64,000 bases of DNA, from NCBI GenBank assembly GCA_964016885.1, contig OZ024743.1, positions 304,234,001 to 304,298,000 of the forward strand, written 5' to 3'. Source of the stretch: Eledone cirrhosa (Eukaryota). Shown in pieces: positions 1 to 12,760 of the stretch. A model generated the notes under the pieces. It had not been told where the DNA came from and did no database searches. It saw only the letters and a list, made by a program, of their open reading frames with translations. The translations under genes were made by a program, and so were the position numbers. Positions within the stretch are counted from its first letter, which is position 1, and each line of letters starts with the position of its first letter.

Positions 1-216
1 AAGTCAATCCCATGTCCCTAACATTTTTTTTTCACTACCAAATCAATTTTTTAAATGTAAGTTGAAGTGTAAGGTATGTCAAATCTATCTATTTATAAGA
101 CTGTTTATATTGTATTTTGTCTGATGAAGGCATACCATATTTTTATGATATCCCTGAAATATATATAATGAAATAAATATGGTTTTATAAATATAGTTTC
201 CATTTATTTAATATCG
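1..216 (+). mobile_element. 3' end of a Penelope-like pseudo-LTR running into (TA)n
   Basis: 72-216 aligns with 3531-3626 and 10793-10930 (GTATGTCAA...AAATAAATATGGTTTTATAAATATAGTTTCCATTT). It contains an HHR and is followed by (TA)n. Confidence 0.85.
113..175 (+). ncRNA. Type I hammerhead ribozyme with minimal palindromic stem III
   Basis: Stem I tattttgt/atgaaata, CTGATGA 121-127, stem II agg...cct, GAAA 156-159, TATATA palindrome, AUA triplet (cleavage predicted after 167). Confidence 0.85.
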
Positions 217-245
<29 letters not shown>

Positions 246-248
<3 letters not shown>

Positions 249-3200
249 AAAGTTCTATTTAAATCTTGGGATACAACAAGCAAATATTTTTATAACTGAT
301 ATAAAGCACTCAAAAAATATTTGGAGTAAACATACAATATTAAAGGAATTAAGGAAGAAATACAAAGTAGCAAATAAAGACAACCTTGAAAAATTGAATA
401 CAGATGCCTCTTATATAATGCATGTACTAGGCATTGAAAATAGGACACAACCCTTCATGCCAAGGAAACCTAAGATTAATATGAAGGATCATAAAAGGAA
501 CTTCGAAACTGATTTACCAATCAGATTAATTGCACCATCTAAATCGGACCTTGGCAGACTTAGCAAAAATATTCTAGACAGAATAATACCACACATTAAG
601 ATTTTATCTTATTTAAAATTATGGAAAGGAACTAGTGAAGTTATCGATTGGTTTAAAGAAATTAAATATAACTATATTAATAAGTTTATTCAGTTGGATA
701 TTGCTAACTATTACTCATCTATCACTCCTAATCTACTGAATAAAGCACTAACCTACGCATTTAAACATACATACCTAACTAACATTACATTATCGGCACG
801 GAAAACATTAATAGAATTTAATAACCAACTCTGGACTAGGGCAGATAGAAATAATAATTTCGATATAACTATGGGATCATCCGATTCCGCTCAGGTAACG
901 GATCTTGTGGGCCTATTTATAAATAATTCTCTACATAGAAAATACCTGAGATAATCGGAGGTTTATATCGTGACGACATGCTTTTACTTATAGAAAATAA
1001 TAACTGTGAACTAAATAGATAAAGAAAACAAATTATACAATTTTTTTAATAACTTAATCTAAAAGTAGAAATAGAGAATAACCATAAAATAGTTAACTTT
1101 CTAGATGTAACACTACATCTTAACACATGTCTTCATTATCCATTTCACAAACTAAATGAGAACATAAATTACGTAAATTTTAACTCTAATCACCCCAGAT
1201 CCGTTAAAAATACTATAGTGAACTCTGTACAAGAACGAATTTCGAGAATTTCAGCTAATAAGAATATATTTGAGGAAAAAGCACATTATTACAACGAAGC
1301 GTTAGGTAGAGCTGGGTATAGAAATAAAATTAAATACATCGATAATAATAATAATATAACAACTATCCATAATCGTAACAATTTTAACTATGGTAACAAT
1401 TTTAACAACTATAATAGAAAACCTTACATTAATTCCGAAAGCCGAAAAAGAAATAGAACTCGGAACATATTATGGTTCGCTCCTCCTTTCTCATTAAATA
1501 TTAAAACCCCTATTGCTAAACTATTTTTTAAAGCTCTTGACAAATGCATAGATATTACTCATAGATATTACTCAATTTTTAATAGACATACTATAAAATT
1601 AACTTACTCTTCCACCAAAAATTTAGGGCAAAATATTAATAGAATTAATAATAGATATTTAAAACCTAACCAAAATACCACTAATAACCCAACCAATATC
1701 CAATTTGATAAATGTAACTATAGAAATGATGTAACTGTCCGTTAAATAACAATTGCTTAGCTAAAAATATAGTATATGTAAAAACTAATTTAAATTCATT
1801 TAATTATGAGTTTAAATCCCGCTTCAATAATCATAAAAATTATTTTACAGATCCAAACAAAAAATATTCAACTTCTCTATCTAGCCTATTATGGGACCTA
1901 AACAAAAGAACGTTGAATATTCGTTGATTTGGAATATTATTTCAAAAGCTACTCCTTTTATCTCCTCTTCAGAAAATTGTGATCTTTGTATAGAGGAAAT
2001 ATTCTTTATATTAAAGACCAAAAATTCCCTGAACTTAAGAAATAATGTATTCAGTTGCTGCAGACATAGATTAACCTCAACGTTTAAATATAAATATAAA
2101 TTTAAAATGTAGTATATAATTAATTAATTAATTTTAGTAATATATTGAACCTGTCGATAAATCATTAGATTCCTTCATCTTTTTTGACTGATTATACACT
2201 CAAGTAAAAATAACTTTTCTTCCTAAATATAAATAAATATAATAAACTATACTAGAGAAATGTATTGAGAGCTCTTGAAAGGAGAAAATATTTCTTATAT
2301 TTTTTTTTTTTATTGTTTGATAGCTTCTCCTATTTTCGAAAGTTTATCCTTTCAAAGTTTAAGTTAAATATACGTAAAGAATTTCTATACTAAATCTATT
2401 AAACATACTATTATTTTGAAATTATAACTTTAAATATTCCATAATATTTTAAAATGTATATTGTTTTTAAAGTTATATTGCTTATAATTATATTTCCAAA
2501 TTGTAATATAATTATTTTGTATTTTATGTACTCAATTATACTATGTACTGTATTTATATATACTTCTCTCTATATGTGTGTATATATGTATATGTGTGTA
2601 TTGACATACATGTACATATCTTTTATGCGTGTATGTCTATCTGTATGTATATGTATACGTGATGCGTATCTACCTATCTGTTGAGGGTACATATATGTAT
2701 GTATATGTGGGAATTGTGTATGTACATGTGCATGTATATCCATACAATTCGATTGCACTTATGTATAGTGATTATCCTAAGATTCGTGACAGATAGACAT
2801 ATAATAACAGCCATAAATACATAACAGGTAATCTTATAAAACTTATATAAACAAATTTTGTTTCATAACATAAAGTGTGTATAATATAAAATTTCCTTTA
2901 ATATCTTAACAATTATAACATTTTATAAGATTCCTACATCTTAAATTAAATTAAAGAACCCTTTATGTTTTGTGTGTATATATTATATACGTAATTAGAT
3001 ATGTATATGTATTTTATAAGTGTGTATATATATTTATATGTATGTATTTTTGCGTGTGTATACGTGTTATTTGATATGTAGATCTTTAATAATATATGGA
3101 TTTCTTAATATATAGTCCCAATTTTTAATATATTGATCTCAATATTTAAATGATTAACTAAACATCTAATCATATTTAAACAATGGTTACATTTCTCATA

Positions 3201-3626
3201 TTATATATGTATATTCCATTCATGATTATTAACATTTCTAATTTTGTTTATTCATTTCATCTCAATTGTTAAGTTAACTCAACAAGTTATGACTTAGAGT
3301 TTTTCGTTCTCTCCCCTTTTCTCTGTCTCCTCTCTCTCTCTCCCTATCTTTCTCTCTCTGATGCTCTGGTCTTTCTCTCTCTCTCTTTCTCTCTCTCTCC
3401 TTCTCTATCTTTCTCTTTGTCCGTAACCCAACGGCTTATTTTTAAAATAAAAATATCCAATACTAATAATATAATTAAAGCTACAACTCCACTATCCGGG
3501 AGCTTCCAACAGCAATGGTTGCATTTTTAAGGGTATGTCAATATTTATTTATAAGACTGATCTATATTATATTTTATTTGAAATAAATATGGTTTTATAA
3601 ATATAGTTTCCATTTGTTAATATCGT
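246..3626 (+). mobile_element. 5'-truncated Penelope-like element (probably Hydra clade) with inverted pLTR tail at 246-343
   Basis: 246-343 is the reverse complement of the pLTR tail (cf. 7025-7125). RT/EN remnants follow. The 3' pLTR ends at 3626 in (TA)n. Confidence 0.9.
343..2112 (+). pseudogene. Disrupted PLE RT + GIY-YIG endonuclease ORF
   Basis: ORF pieces show PIRLIAPSKSDLG, QLDIANYYSSI, FDITMGSSDSAQVTDLVG, GLYRDDM, WFAPPFS and CDLCIEE...CCRHR, with multiple stops and frameshifts. Confidence 0.9.
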
Positions 3627-4324
3627 ATATATGTATATATATATATATATCTTTACGATTGCATATATGTGTCCATATAAGTGTAAGCGTGCGCGCGTGT
3701 GTATGAACTTATGTATGTCTGTGTATACGTGCGTATGTATGTATACACATGTTTGTATGTGTGTCAGTGGATATTATTGTGTGTATGTATGTGTATATAT
3801 GCATATATATATGTGAGTGTATGTGTAGATATATATGTATATGTGTGTATGTGTGTGTATATGTATATATATATATATATACTATAGAGTAATCCTGGTA
3901 TGTATATAAGCATTTCTAACATTAATTTTTACCTAATGATGTATGGTTGACCGTATATTTAATTAATTTCCACGTGCTGTTTAAATGTTGGGTAAATATT
4001 CTATAGCGGTTGCACGCGAAGACGCCGCAGTGGCGTATTTATTTACTGTTTCTTCATACACGCCTTTCATTCTTATAGTCTGATCTAATTGATTTTTTGT
4101 GTGGTTAATTATGCTGATTGGGAGTAGAGATGATGTATATATATTATCAAATAATTCTCTGGACATGCTTTACTCTATAGTATTTCGCTCTCTTTAATTT
4201 ATTAATTCTCCATTGAGCCACATCGTGAAAAGTTGCAAAAACACATATATACCTGTAACTTTGTTTAATTGGTGTATGTGTAAATATTTATAAATATATA
4301 TTTATATATATATATATATATATG

Positions 4325-4400
<76 letters not shown>

Positions 4401-4405
<5 letters not shown>

Positions 4406-4700
4406 ATATTAAATAAATGGAAACTATATTTATAAAACCATATTTATTCTATTATATATATTTCAAGGGTAACACAAATTTCGGTACGCTATCATCAGAT
4501 CTGATGATAGCGTAACAAAATCTGTTGAACCCTTGAAATATATATAATAGCATAAATATGGTTTTATAAATATAGTTTCCATTTATTTAATATCATTGCA
4601 TATTATTCTCCAGAAAACATGTTGAGTGCTCTGTATCAGTTATACACATTTATATTTGTTGAATTACCAACATATTGAATATCCCTTCTGCTTATAAATA
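4401..4700. mobile_element. Fold-back solo pLTR fragment: 198-bp palindrome (4401-4598) of two HHR cores plus tail
   Basis: Axis at TCATCAGA|TCTGATGA (4499/4500). The arms are reverse complements and homologous to the pLTR of 5283-11013. Flanked by (TA)n. Confidence 0.85.
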
Positions 4701-5049
4701 TATATAGATATGTATGTATGTATGGAGAGATGTGCGTGTATATATATTTATACGTTAAAACTGACTCCGTGTATGAATGCGCGCCTGTATTTGCGCATAT
4801 GTGAGCGAAAGATCACACGCATATGTGTGTTATTGAATTTCCATGCAGACGCACATATACTTATGTGTGAATGTATATGTTTACGTGCTATTACATATAT
4901 GCGTGAGTTTGTGTGTGTGTATGTTTATGTATTTGGATGTTTATTTATTAATTTTTTACCCTCAATTTTTGCCTATTATTTCATAAATACTATTTCATAA
5001 ATACTATTTCATAAATAAATATTTCTTAAGATATAATTTCATAAATAAA

Positions 5050-5116
5050 TATTTCTTCTGACGAAGGAAGACAGACATAAATATCTGCCTTCAAGAAATC
5101 ACTGGTAAATGAAATA
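5050..5116 (+). ncRNA. Hammerhead ribozyme of a separate pLTR family
   Basis: tatttc..CTGACGA 5058-5064, stem II gaag-acaga/tctg-ccttc, GAAA 5095-5098, atca/tggt, UA, ..gaaata. Followed by (TA)n. Confidence 0.6.
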
Positions 5117-5138
5117 ATTACGTTGTTTATTACATAAC

Positions 5139-5172
<34 letters not shown>

Positions 5173-5194
5173 CGTGTATGTACATATATATGTG

Positions 5195-5286
<92 letters not shown>

Positions 5287-6926
5287 ATATTAATAAATGA
5301 AAACTATATTTATAAAACCATATTTATTTTATTGTATATATTTTCAGGGCAACCAAGGCAAATTATGGTCCGCTTTCATCATATAAAATACAGATTTGTT
5401 TTATAAATAAATATTGACATAACCGGAAAAAAGACGAATTTAACGGTTGGAGCTTCCTGGATAGTGGAGATAATATTTTATTGAGGGTAATACAAAGTTA
5501 TGAGTGAGTATGCAAATGAGTGTCCGAAAATTTGAAAAGATAATGGTTTATTTAAATTAAACTGTTGGAAGAGGATGATATGTAAAGGAGAGAAAAAAAG
5601 AAAAAAACAAAAGGAAGGAGAAAGAGAGAAGAGGAAATAAAGAACGATTATACATAGTGATATTGAAGAAAGTCAGAATGAATGAAGAAATAAGTTTTAA
5701 TGGAAAAATGTACATAGCGTAAATATATCTAAGTGAAAGAAGAAATAAGATTAACGTGGAGGAATAATATTTAGATTGTAGGGTTCATTGCGTTGTGATT
5801 ATAATATTTATAATGATAGGTTGAACAATTATATTAAAATTAAAAATTAGTAATCAAAATTAAAGATTAAAATTTGCCTTAATATTAAATATTTAATTTA
5901 ATAATTTAATATTAATATTAAAAATTTAAAAATTAAAAATTAAAAATTATAAATTAAAATTAAAACAGAAGTATTTATATTATATAAAATGTTTAACTTT
6001 ATAACATTTAATCCTTGGAATCATTTGAGATCTTAAAAAATCACTTCTAACCTCCTTTATATTTCCTTACTGTTTTAATAATATAATAAAGTAGTTATTC
6101 CTTTGTAAACTCTCATAAAGTTTCATAAATTTAAAATTATTTGGATGTTTAAATTTTGATTTACATCTATTAATAAATATAATTTTGCCAATCTTACTTT
6201 AATAAAATAAACTATACTATGTTTTCTCTAATGTAAAATACTATATATTTATTTAAATAATTTATAATCCTTAACATACACATCTAAACCAATATATTAT
6301 TACTAATACATCTTAATATAATATAAATACTTATGTTTTAATTTTAATTTATAATTTATAATTTTTATTTTTTTATTTTTTTATATTGATATTAAATTAT
6401 TAAATTAAATCTTTAATATTAAGGCAAATTTTAATCTTTAATTTTGATTTCTAATTATTAATTTTAATATAATTTTTCAACCTATCATTATAAATATTAT
6501 AATCACAACGTAATGAACCCTACATCGTAAATATTATTCTTCCACGTTAATCTTATTTCTTCTTTCACTGCTTCTTTCACTTAGATATATTTACGCTATG
6601 TAAATTTTTCCATTAAAACTTATTTCTTCATTCATTCTGACTTTCTTCAATATCACTATATATAATCGTTCTTTCTTTCCTCTTCTCTCTTTCTCCTTCC
6701 TTTTGTTTTTTTCTTTTTTTTTCTCTCTCCCTTACATATCATCCTCTTCAAACAGGTCAATTTAAATAAACCGTTATCTTTTCAACTTTTCGGACACTCA
6801 TTTGCATACTGACTCATAACTTTGTATTACCCTCAATAAAATATTATCTCCACTCTCCAGGAAGCTCCAACCGTTAAGGGTGTCTTTTTTCCGGGTATGT
6901 CAATATGTATTTATAAAACAAATCTG

Positions 6927-6992
6927 TATTTTATCTGATGAAAGCGCACCATAATTTGCCTTGGTTGCCCTTGAAATATATATAATAAAATA
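6927..6992 (+). ncRNA. Type I hammerhead ribozyme in 5' pLTR
   Basis: Perfect stem I tattttat/ataaaata, CTGATGA 6935-6941, stem II aag-gcacca/tggt-tgc-ctt, GAAA 6973-6976, TATATA, AUA (cleavage after 6984). Confidence 0.9.
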
Positions 6993-7179
6993 AATATTGT
7001 TTTATAAATATAGTTTCATTTATTAACATATTGTGTATTTACTCCACCAACCTCTTGAGTGCTTTATATATGTTATAAAAAAATGTCTAAGCTTGTTGAA
7101 TCCCAACAAATTAAATATAACCTCTGCATATTTTTTAGCTCCTTTATTGTTGAGCGCTTTAAACTATAACTGATTAAAA

Positions 7180-9357
7180 ATGGAATTCTTTAGGATCTCT
7201 TCTTCTCTAAAAGACATACCTCTACCTAAGAATAAGGACATTCTAAAACAACTTATCGAAAAATCGGACTCGTTTATAAGAAAACTTAGATGGCGTGCTT
7301 TTCATTTCGATAATAAATCTGATGCGAAAGAAAATAATTCCAATCTTGATAGAATCTTCAAATCCAAAAAGAATCCACCTTCCAACAAACTATTAATGGA
7401 ATTTGAAAATGAGATTATTTCTATCATACAAAACATTAAATTTAGGAAAAACCACTTTGTATTCCAGGATTACCTCAAACGTCTCAAAAATAATATAGAA
7501 AACTTTGAAAAAAAGGAAAACATTCTTGTTAAATCACATAAAACCAACAATCTTTACGGAATGCAAAAGGATGATTACAATAATTTATATTGAAGGAATT
7601 AAGAAAAAATTACAAAAGAGCAACCAGTGATGACCTTGAAAGACTAAATACTGAAGCTTCTTATATAATGCAGGAATTAGGCATCGAAAATAGGACTCAA
7701 CCTTCATACCTAGGAAACCAAAAATTAATTTGAAGGACTATAAAAGACATTTTGAAGTTGAATTACCAGTTAGATTGATTGCACCATCTAAATCGGACCT
7801 TGGCATAGTTAGCAAGAATATTTTAGATATAATCATACCACAACTTAAGGAAATATCTTATTTAAAATTATGGAATGGAACTAATGAAGTTATTGACTGG
7901 TTTAAAGACATTAAATATAAACATAACAATAAATTCATTCAATTGGATATTGCTAATTATTACTCATCTATCACTCCTAATTTACTTAATAAAGCCCTTA
8001 CATATGCATTTAAATATACTGATTTAACTAACAATGAAATGCACATTATCTTAACTGCACGTAAAATATTAATTAAATTTAGCAACCACCTTTGAACTAG
8101 AGCAGATAGGGATAACAATTTCGATATCACTATGGTGTCATCGGACTCGGCGCAATTAACGAATCTTGTGAGGATTTTTATTAACAATACCAGAAATGAC
8201 CGGTGGTTTATATCGTGACGATATGCTATTGTTTATTGAAACTAATAATAATTGTGAAATAAATAGGAAAAGAAAAGAAATTATACAATTTTTTAATAGC
8301 GTTAATCTTAAAATAGAGAATAATTATAAAATAGTTAATTTTTTAGATGTAACTTTAAACCTTAATACTGGTCTTTATTATCCATTTCATAAAAACCAAT
8401 GAGAATTTAAACTATGTTAATTTAATTCCAATCACCCCAGATCCATTAAAAACACTATTGTAAATTCTGTGCAGCAACGTATTTCTAGAATTTCAGCGAA
8501 TAAAAATATATTTGAAGATAAAGCACAATATTATAACGAAGCGTTAAGTAGAGCAGGCTATAGTAATGAAATTAAATACATTGATAATAAGGATGTGCCA
8601 ATTAACCATAATTATAAATATAATTATAATAGGAAACCTTGCACTAACTCGAAAATCGAAAGAAATAGAACTAGAAATATATTATGGTTCGGTCCCCCAT
8701 TCTCATTAAGTATTAAAACTCATTTAGCTAAATTATTTTTTAAAGCCCTAGATAAGTGCTTTCCTAAGACACACAGATATTACTCAATCTTTAATAGACA
8801 TACTATTTAACTCTCATATTCCACCACTATGAATTTAGCGCAGAATATTAATAGAATTAATAATAGAAACTTAAAACCTAACCAGAATAGCATTAATACC
8901 TCTAGCAATATCCAATATAATGTTACGGCTCCTAATAATATAAATTCAGATAAATGTAATTGTAGAAATAAATCGAACTGTCCTCTAAATAATAACTGTT
9001 TAATTAAAAATATAGTATACAATTGTAATGTCAAAACCAATGAAAATTCCTTTAACTATGTCGGCTCTACTTCCACAGACTTCAAATCTTGTTTCAATAA
9101 CCATAAATGTTCCTTTACGAATATCGGTAAAAATCTTCAACTTCTATATCCAACTTATTATGGAACTTAAAATCCAAGAATATTAAATATTCTTTATTTT
9201 GGGAAATTATCTCCAAAGCTCCTTGATACACGGCTCTATCCAAAAATTGCTCCCTCTGCGTTGAAGAAATATTCTTTATACTAAATTGCGAAATAATTTA
9301 TTTAGTTCTTGTAAACATCGTTTAAACTCAACTTTTAAATATATATATAAAATGTAA
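7180..9357 (+). pseudogene. PLE polyprotein (N-terminal domain, RT, CxCx5Cx5C linker, GIY-YIG EN), disrupted
   Basis: MEFFRISSSLKDIPLP, FIRKLRWRA, QLDIANYYSSI, GGLYRDDML, NFLDVTLNL, CNCRNKSNCPLNNNC, NIVY...YVGST. About 2.2 kb with stops and frameshifts. Confidence 0.92.
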
Positions 9358-10826
9358 TATATGGTTAATCTCCTTTACATAAAGTTTTCTATATCCAACC
9401 ACTTACAACATCATCCTTCAGATTATATCTATATATAATTCATATATATCTAATTTACTTTCTATTATCACTACCTCATAAATATAGGTATTACAATTAT
9501 CAATATATTATAACCTTTTTTATATGACTACTTAAAATTATTTTAAGGAAAATTTTCCTTGAAAAACTTTCGGAAGGTTTTAGAAAATTCTTTGAAAGTT
9601 CCTTTGAAAGATATGGAAAAAAACCATTATTTTCATATCTTCCAATATTTTTATATCTTCAAACATTTTTAATATATGTATCAAAATATTTATATATATG
9701 TGGAATAACATATGATTTTTATATATAGGTTTTTTATATATTTGTGGAATAACCTATGGTTTATGTTTTAACTATATTCTTAAGATACATTTTTTAAAAC
9801 TTTATGACTTTATGACTTCTTATAAAATAACCTATGGTTTATGTTTTAATTATATTCTTAAGATAAATTTATGACTTCTTATAAAATAACATATGTTTTA
9901 TGTTTTAATTATATTCTTAAGATAAAATGCTTAACTTTATAACATTTAATACTTGGAATCATTTGAGATCGTAAAAAATCACTTCTTTATACTTCCTTAC
10001 TGTTTTTATAATATAATTAAGTAAATTCCTTTGTAAACTCTCGTAAATTTTCATAAATTCAGAATTAATTGGGTATTTAAATTTTGACTTACAACTATTA
10101 ATAAATATAAGTTTGCCAAACTTACTTTAATAAAATAAACTATACTAGATTTTCTCTAATGTAAAATATTATATATTTATTTAAATAATTTATAAGCCTT
10201 AACATACACATCTAAACCAATATATTATTACTAATACATCTTAATATAATATAAATACTTCTGTTTTAATTTTAATTTTTTAATTTTTAATTTTAATTTT
10301 TTTTAATTTTTTAATATTAATATTAAAATATTCAATTAAATCTTGAATATTAAGACAAATTTAAATCTTTAATTTTGATTTCTAATTTTTAAGTTTAATA
10401 TAATTTTTCTACCTATCATTATAAATATTATAATCCCAAGGTAATGAACCCTACATTCTAAATATTCTTCTTCCACGTTAATCTTATTTCTTCTTTCACT
10501 TAGATATATTTACGCTATGTATATTTTTCTTCATTCATTCTGACTTTCTTCAATATCACTATGTATAATCGTTCTTTCTTTCCTCTTCTCGCTTTCTCCT
10601 TCCTTTTCTTTTTTTTCTTTTTCTCTCTCACCCTTACATATCATCCTCTTCCAACAGTTTAATTTAAATAACCTTTATCTTTTCAACTTTTCGGACACTC
10701 ATTTGCATACTGACTCATAACTTTGTATTATCCTCAATAAAATATATCTCCACTATCCAGGAAGCTCCAATCCTTCAGGTTGTCATTTTTCCTGGTATGT
10801 CAATATTTATTTATAAAATAAATCTG

Positions 10827-10892
10827 TATTTTATCTGATGAAAGTGCACCATAATTTGCCTTGGTTGCCCTTGAAATATATATAACAAAATA
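10827..10892 (+). ncRNA. Type I hammerhead ribozyme in 3' pLTR
   Basis: Near-identical to 6927-6992. CTGATGA 10835-10841, GAAA 10873-10876. Confidence 0.88.
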
Positions 10893-11071
10893 AATATGGT
10901 TTTATAAATATAGTTTCCATTTATTAATATATTGTGTATTTACTCCACTAACATGTTGAGTGCTTTATATCACTTATAAAAATGTTTAAGCTTGTTGAAT
11001 CCCAACCTCTGCATATATATATATAGAGAGAGAGAAGAGGAAAGAAACAGAAAGTAAAAGAGAGATGCATT

Positions 11072-11107
<36 letters not shown>

Positions 11108-11109
11108 CA

Positions 11110-11222
11110 AAGTAAGTGTGGTAAGGAACCAGGTGGACCATTACGCATTATGGATTTTTTTAGTCCAGAAATAGCCGCCGAAACGGCTTGAGCTCTACCG
11201 TCGGGATCTTGAACATTTTCCT
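11110..11222. mobile_element. Inverted plus direct pLTR scraps of the 18546-18733 family
   Basis: 11110-11150 is the reverse complement of about 18693-18730. The + strand GCCGCCGAAACGGCTTGAGC...CCGTCGGGATCTT matches 18608-18645. Flanked by (TA)n. Confidence 0.7.
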
Positions 11223-11650
11223 ATATATATATATTATAAAGGAAACTGTATATGAATGTCATGTGGGCATGGTATGCGAGTATATATGTATGTGTGTTCT
11301 TAAATGGGTGTGTTACTTTACCACATTTACTTAGATTCATATGCAGTTAGAACTTACAAATAGCCAATACACACAACTATTCAGAGAAAAGTCAACTTTA
11401 TCTATCCATAAATGAATAAATATAAACAGTTTACACACATTCATATACCCACATACTCACGCATGGAAATATAATATGTATTAATACACGCAGACACACT
11501 TGCACAAATACACACACATACCTATATTCATATACATGTACATATAAATGTACATATATATGAATGTGTATATATACAAATTTGTGTGCACGTATATATA
11601 TATATGTATATATATATATAAAAAATATGAGAAGAAAGAAGAATACTGCG

Positions 11651-11697
<47 letters not shown>

Positions 11698-12195
11698 GTG
11701 TTTAAATTTGGATGTATCTATCTATGTATGTGTGTATGCATATAATGTAAACGATCTGCCAAAAAATTTATTGTAAGATAATGGTGAGAAAATTTTAAAA
11801 ACAGGAATAGAATTTTCTTGAGATAATAGGAAATCGATGGGCGATATAATATGGACGATAAACATTGAACCAGTAATATTAAAGGTGTGGAGTTAAGAAA
11901 TAAATAAAAGAGTAATTGAAAGAGAGTGGAGCCTGTTTAGTCTTCGGCTACGGGTGTCAATAAAACGTGTGATAGTGGAGAATTTGAAATGTTGAAGTAC
12001 GCTTTGAAACGAAACCAGGGGAAAAAAATGAAAAATACTTTTTTTTTCTCTGGGGCTTGGAGGATAGCAGTAAATGTAAAGAATTAACGGGAAAAAAGTT
12101 AGAAAGATGATAATAATATTCGCGTCTATTTTAGAGATTTGGCCAGCAATTTTAAGGGGATTAAAAAGTCGATTATGTCGTACGCATTACGTGAA

Positions 12196-12450
12196 GGCGC
12201 ATGGCGTAATGGTTACGAAGATTGACGTTAGATAGTTTTGCCATCGGTTAGATTCCTGACAGGCTGCGTTATGTTCTTGAAAAAAAAACGCTTTATTTGA
12301 CGTTACTCCAGGACACTCAGCTGAGAAGAGTTGAAACTAGCTGGGAAGTTAATCCTAAAATAGACTGCATCCTATTCAGGGAGCGTCTCGTACTTGTCAT
12401 ATCTAATGACATACTTATATTCTGTATCGCTTAACGCCAAAGAAACCAAC
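12196..12450 (+). mobile_element. Degenerate tRNA-derived SINE
   Basis: Box A TGGCGTAATGG 12202-12212 and box B GGTTAGATTCC 12246-12256. The body ctttatttgacgttactccaggacactcagctg resembles SINE cores I recall from cephalopods. Confidence 0.65.
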
Positions 12451-12564
12451 GATAAACACCGGACAGATGAGACTTTTCTTATGTTACTGGTCACATTTGA
12501 ATTCAGAATGTGTCACATGCTCAAACAATTACTTCACACGAGCGTCCTGAAGATGATATTGGAT

Positions 12565-12653
12565 CAAGACCAGTAAGCCCTGATAGTTTCTCCCGAATGA
12601 AAGAGTTCTAATCCTGTAGAAGCCATTTCTTTACTAAATATTTATACTCTGAG

Positions 12654-12699
<46 letters not shown>

Positions 12700-12760
12700 A
12701 ACCAAAGTAAGTAAGGTATACACATATCAGAGTATAAATATTTCGGAATGTTTTTTGACT
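12565..12760. mobile_element. Decayed pLTR fragments (family of 19693-19850) either side of a (TA)n
   Basis: ctgatagtttctcccgaatgaaagagttctaatcctgtagaa resembles the minus strand of 19699-19740. aaatatttatactctga occurs on both strands around the TA run. Confidence 0.55.

Larger units (their letters stand above)
5283..11013 (+). mobile_element. Near-full-length Penelope-like element: inverted pLTR (5283-5985), 5' pLTR (5986-7128), ORF, 3' pLTR (9924-11013)
   Basis: Direct repeat of about 1.1 kb at both ends. 5283-5985 is the reverse complement of about 6316-7035. (TA)n lies on both sides. This is the classic PLE architecture. Confidence 0.95.

Noticed and set aside
4975-5057. Short tandem repeats (ataaatactatttc) resembling a CRISPR-like array
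   Set aside because: There are no unique spacers and the context is eukaryotic. This is simple slippage duplication upstream of an HHR.
2454-5406. Many short ORFs rich in Y/I/C/V/M (also near 11.5, 14.3, 20.2, 22.1, 36.0 and 41.6 kb)
   Set aside because: They are translations of TA/TG/GA microsatellites and low-complexity UTRs, not proteins.
7180-9357. In-frame TGA stops as possible selenocysteine recoding (known in Naiad PLEs)
   Set aside because: Stops are mixed TGA/TAA with frameshifts, the EN is C-terminal, and the TGAs fall at decayed Trp/Leu-type positions. This is ordinary pseudogenisation.
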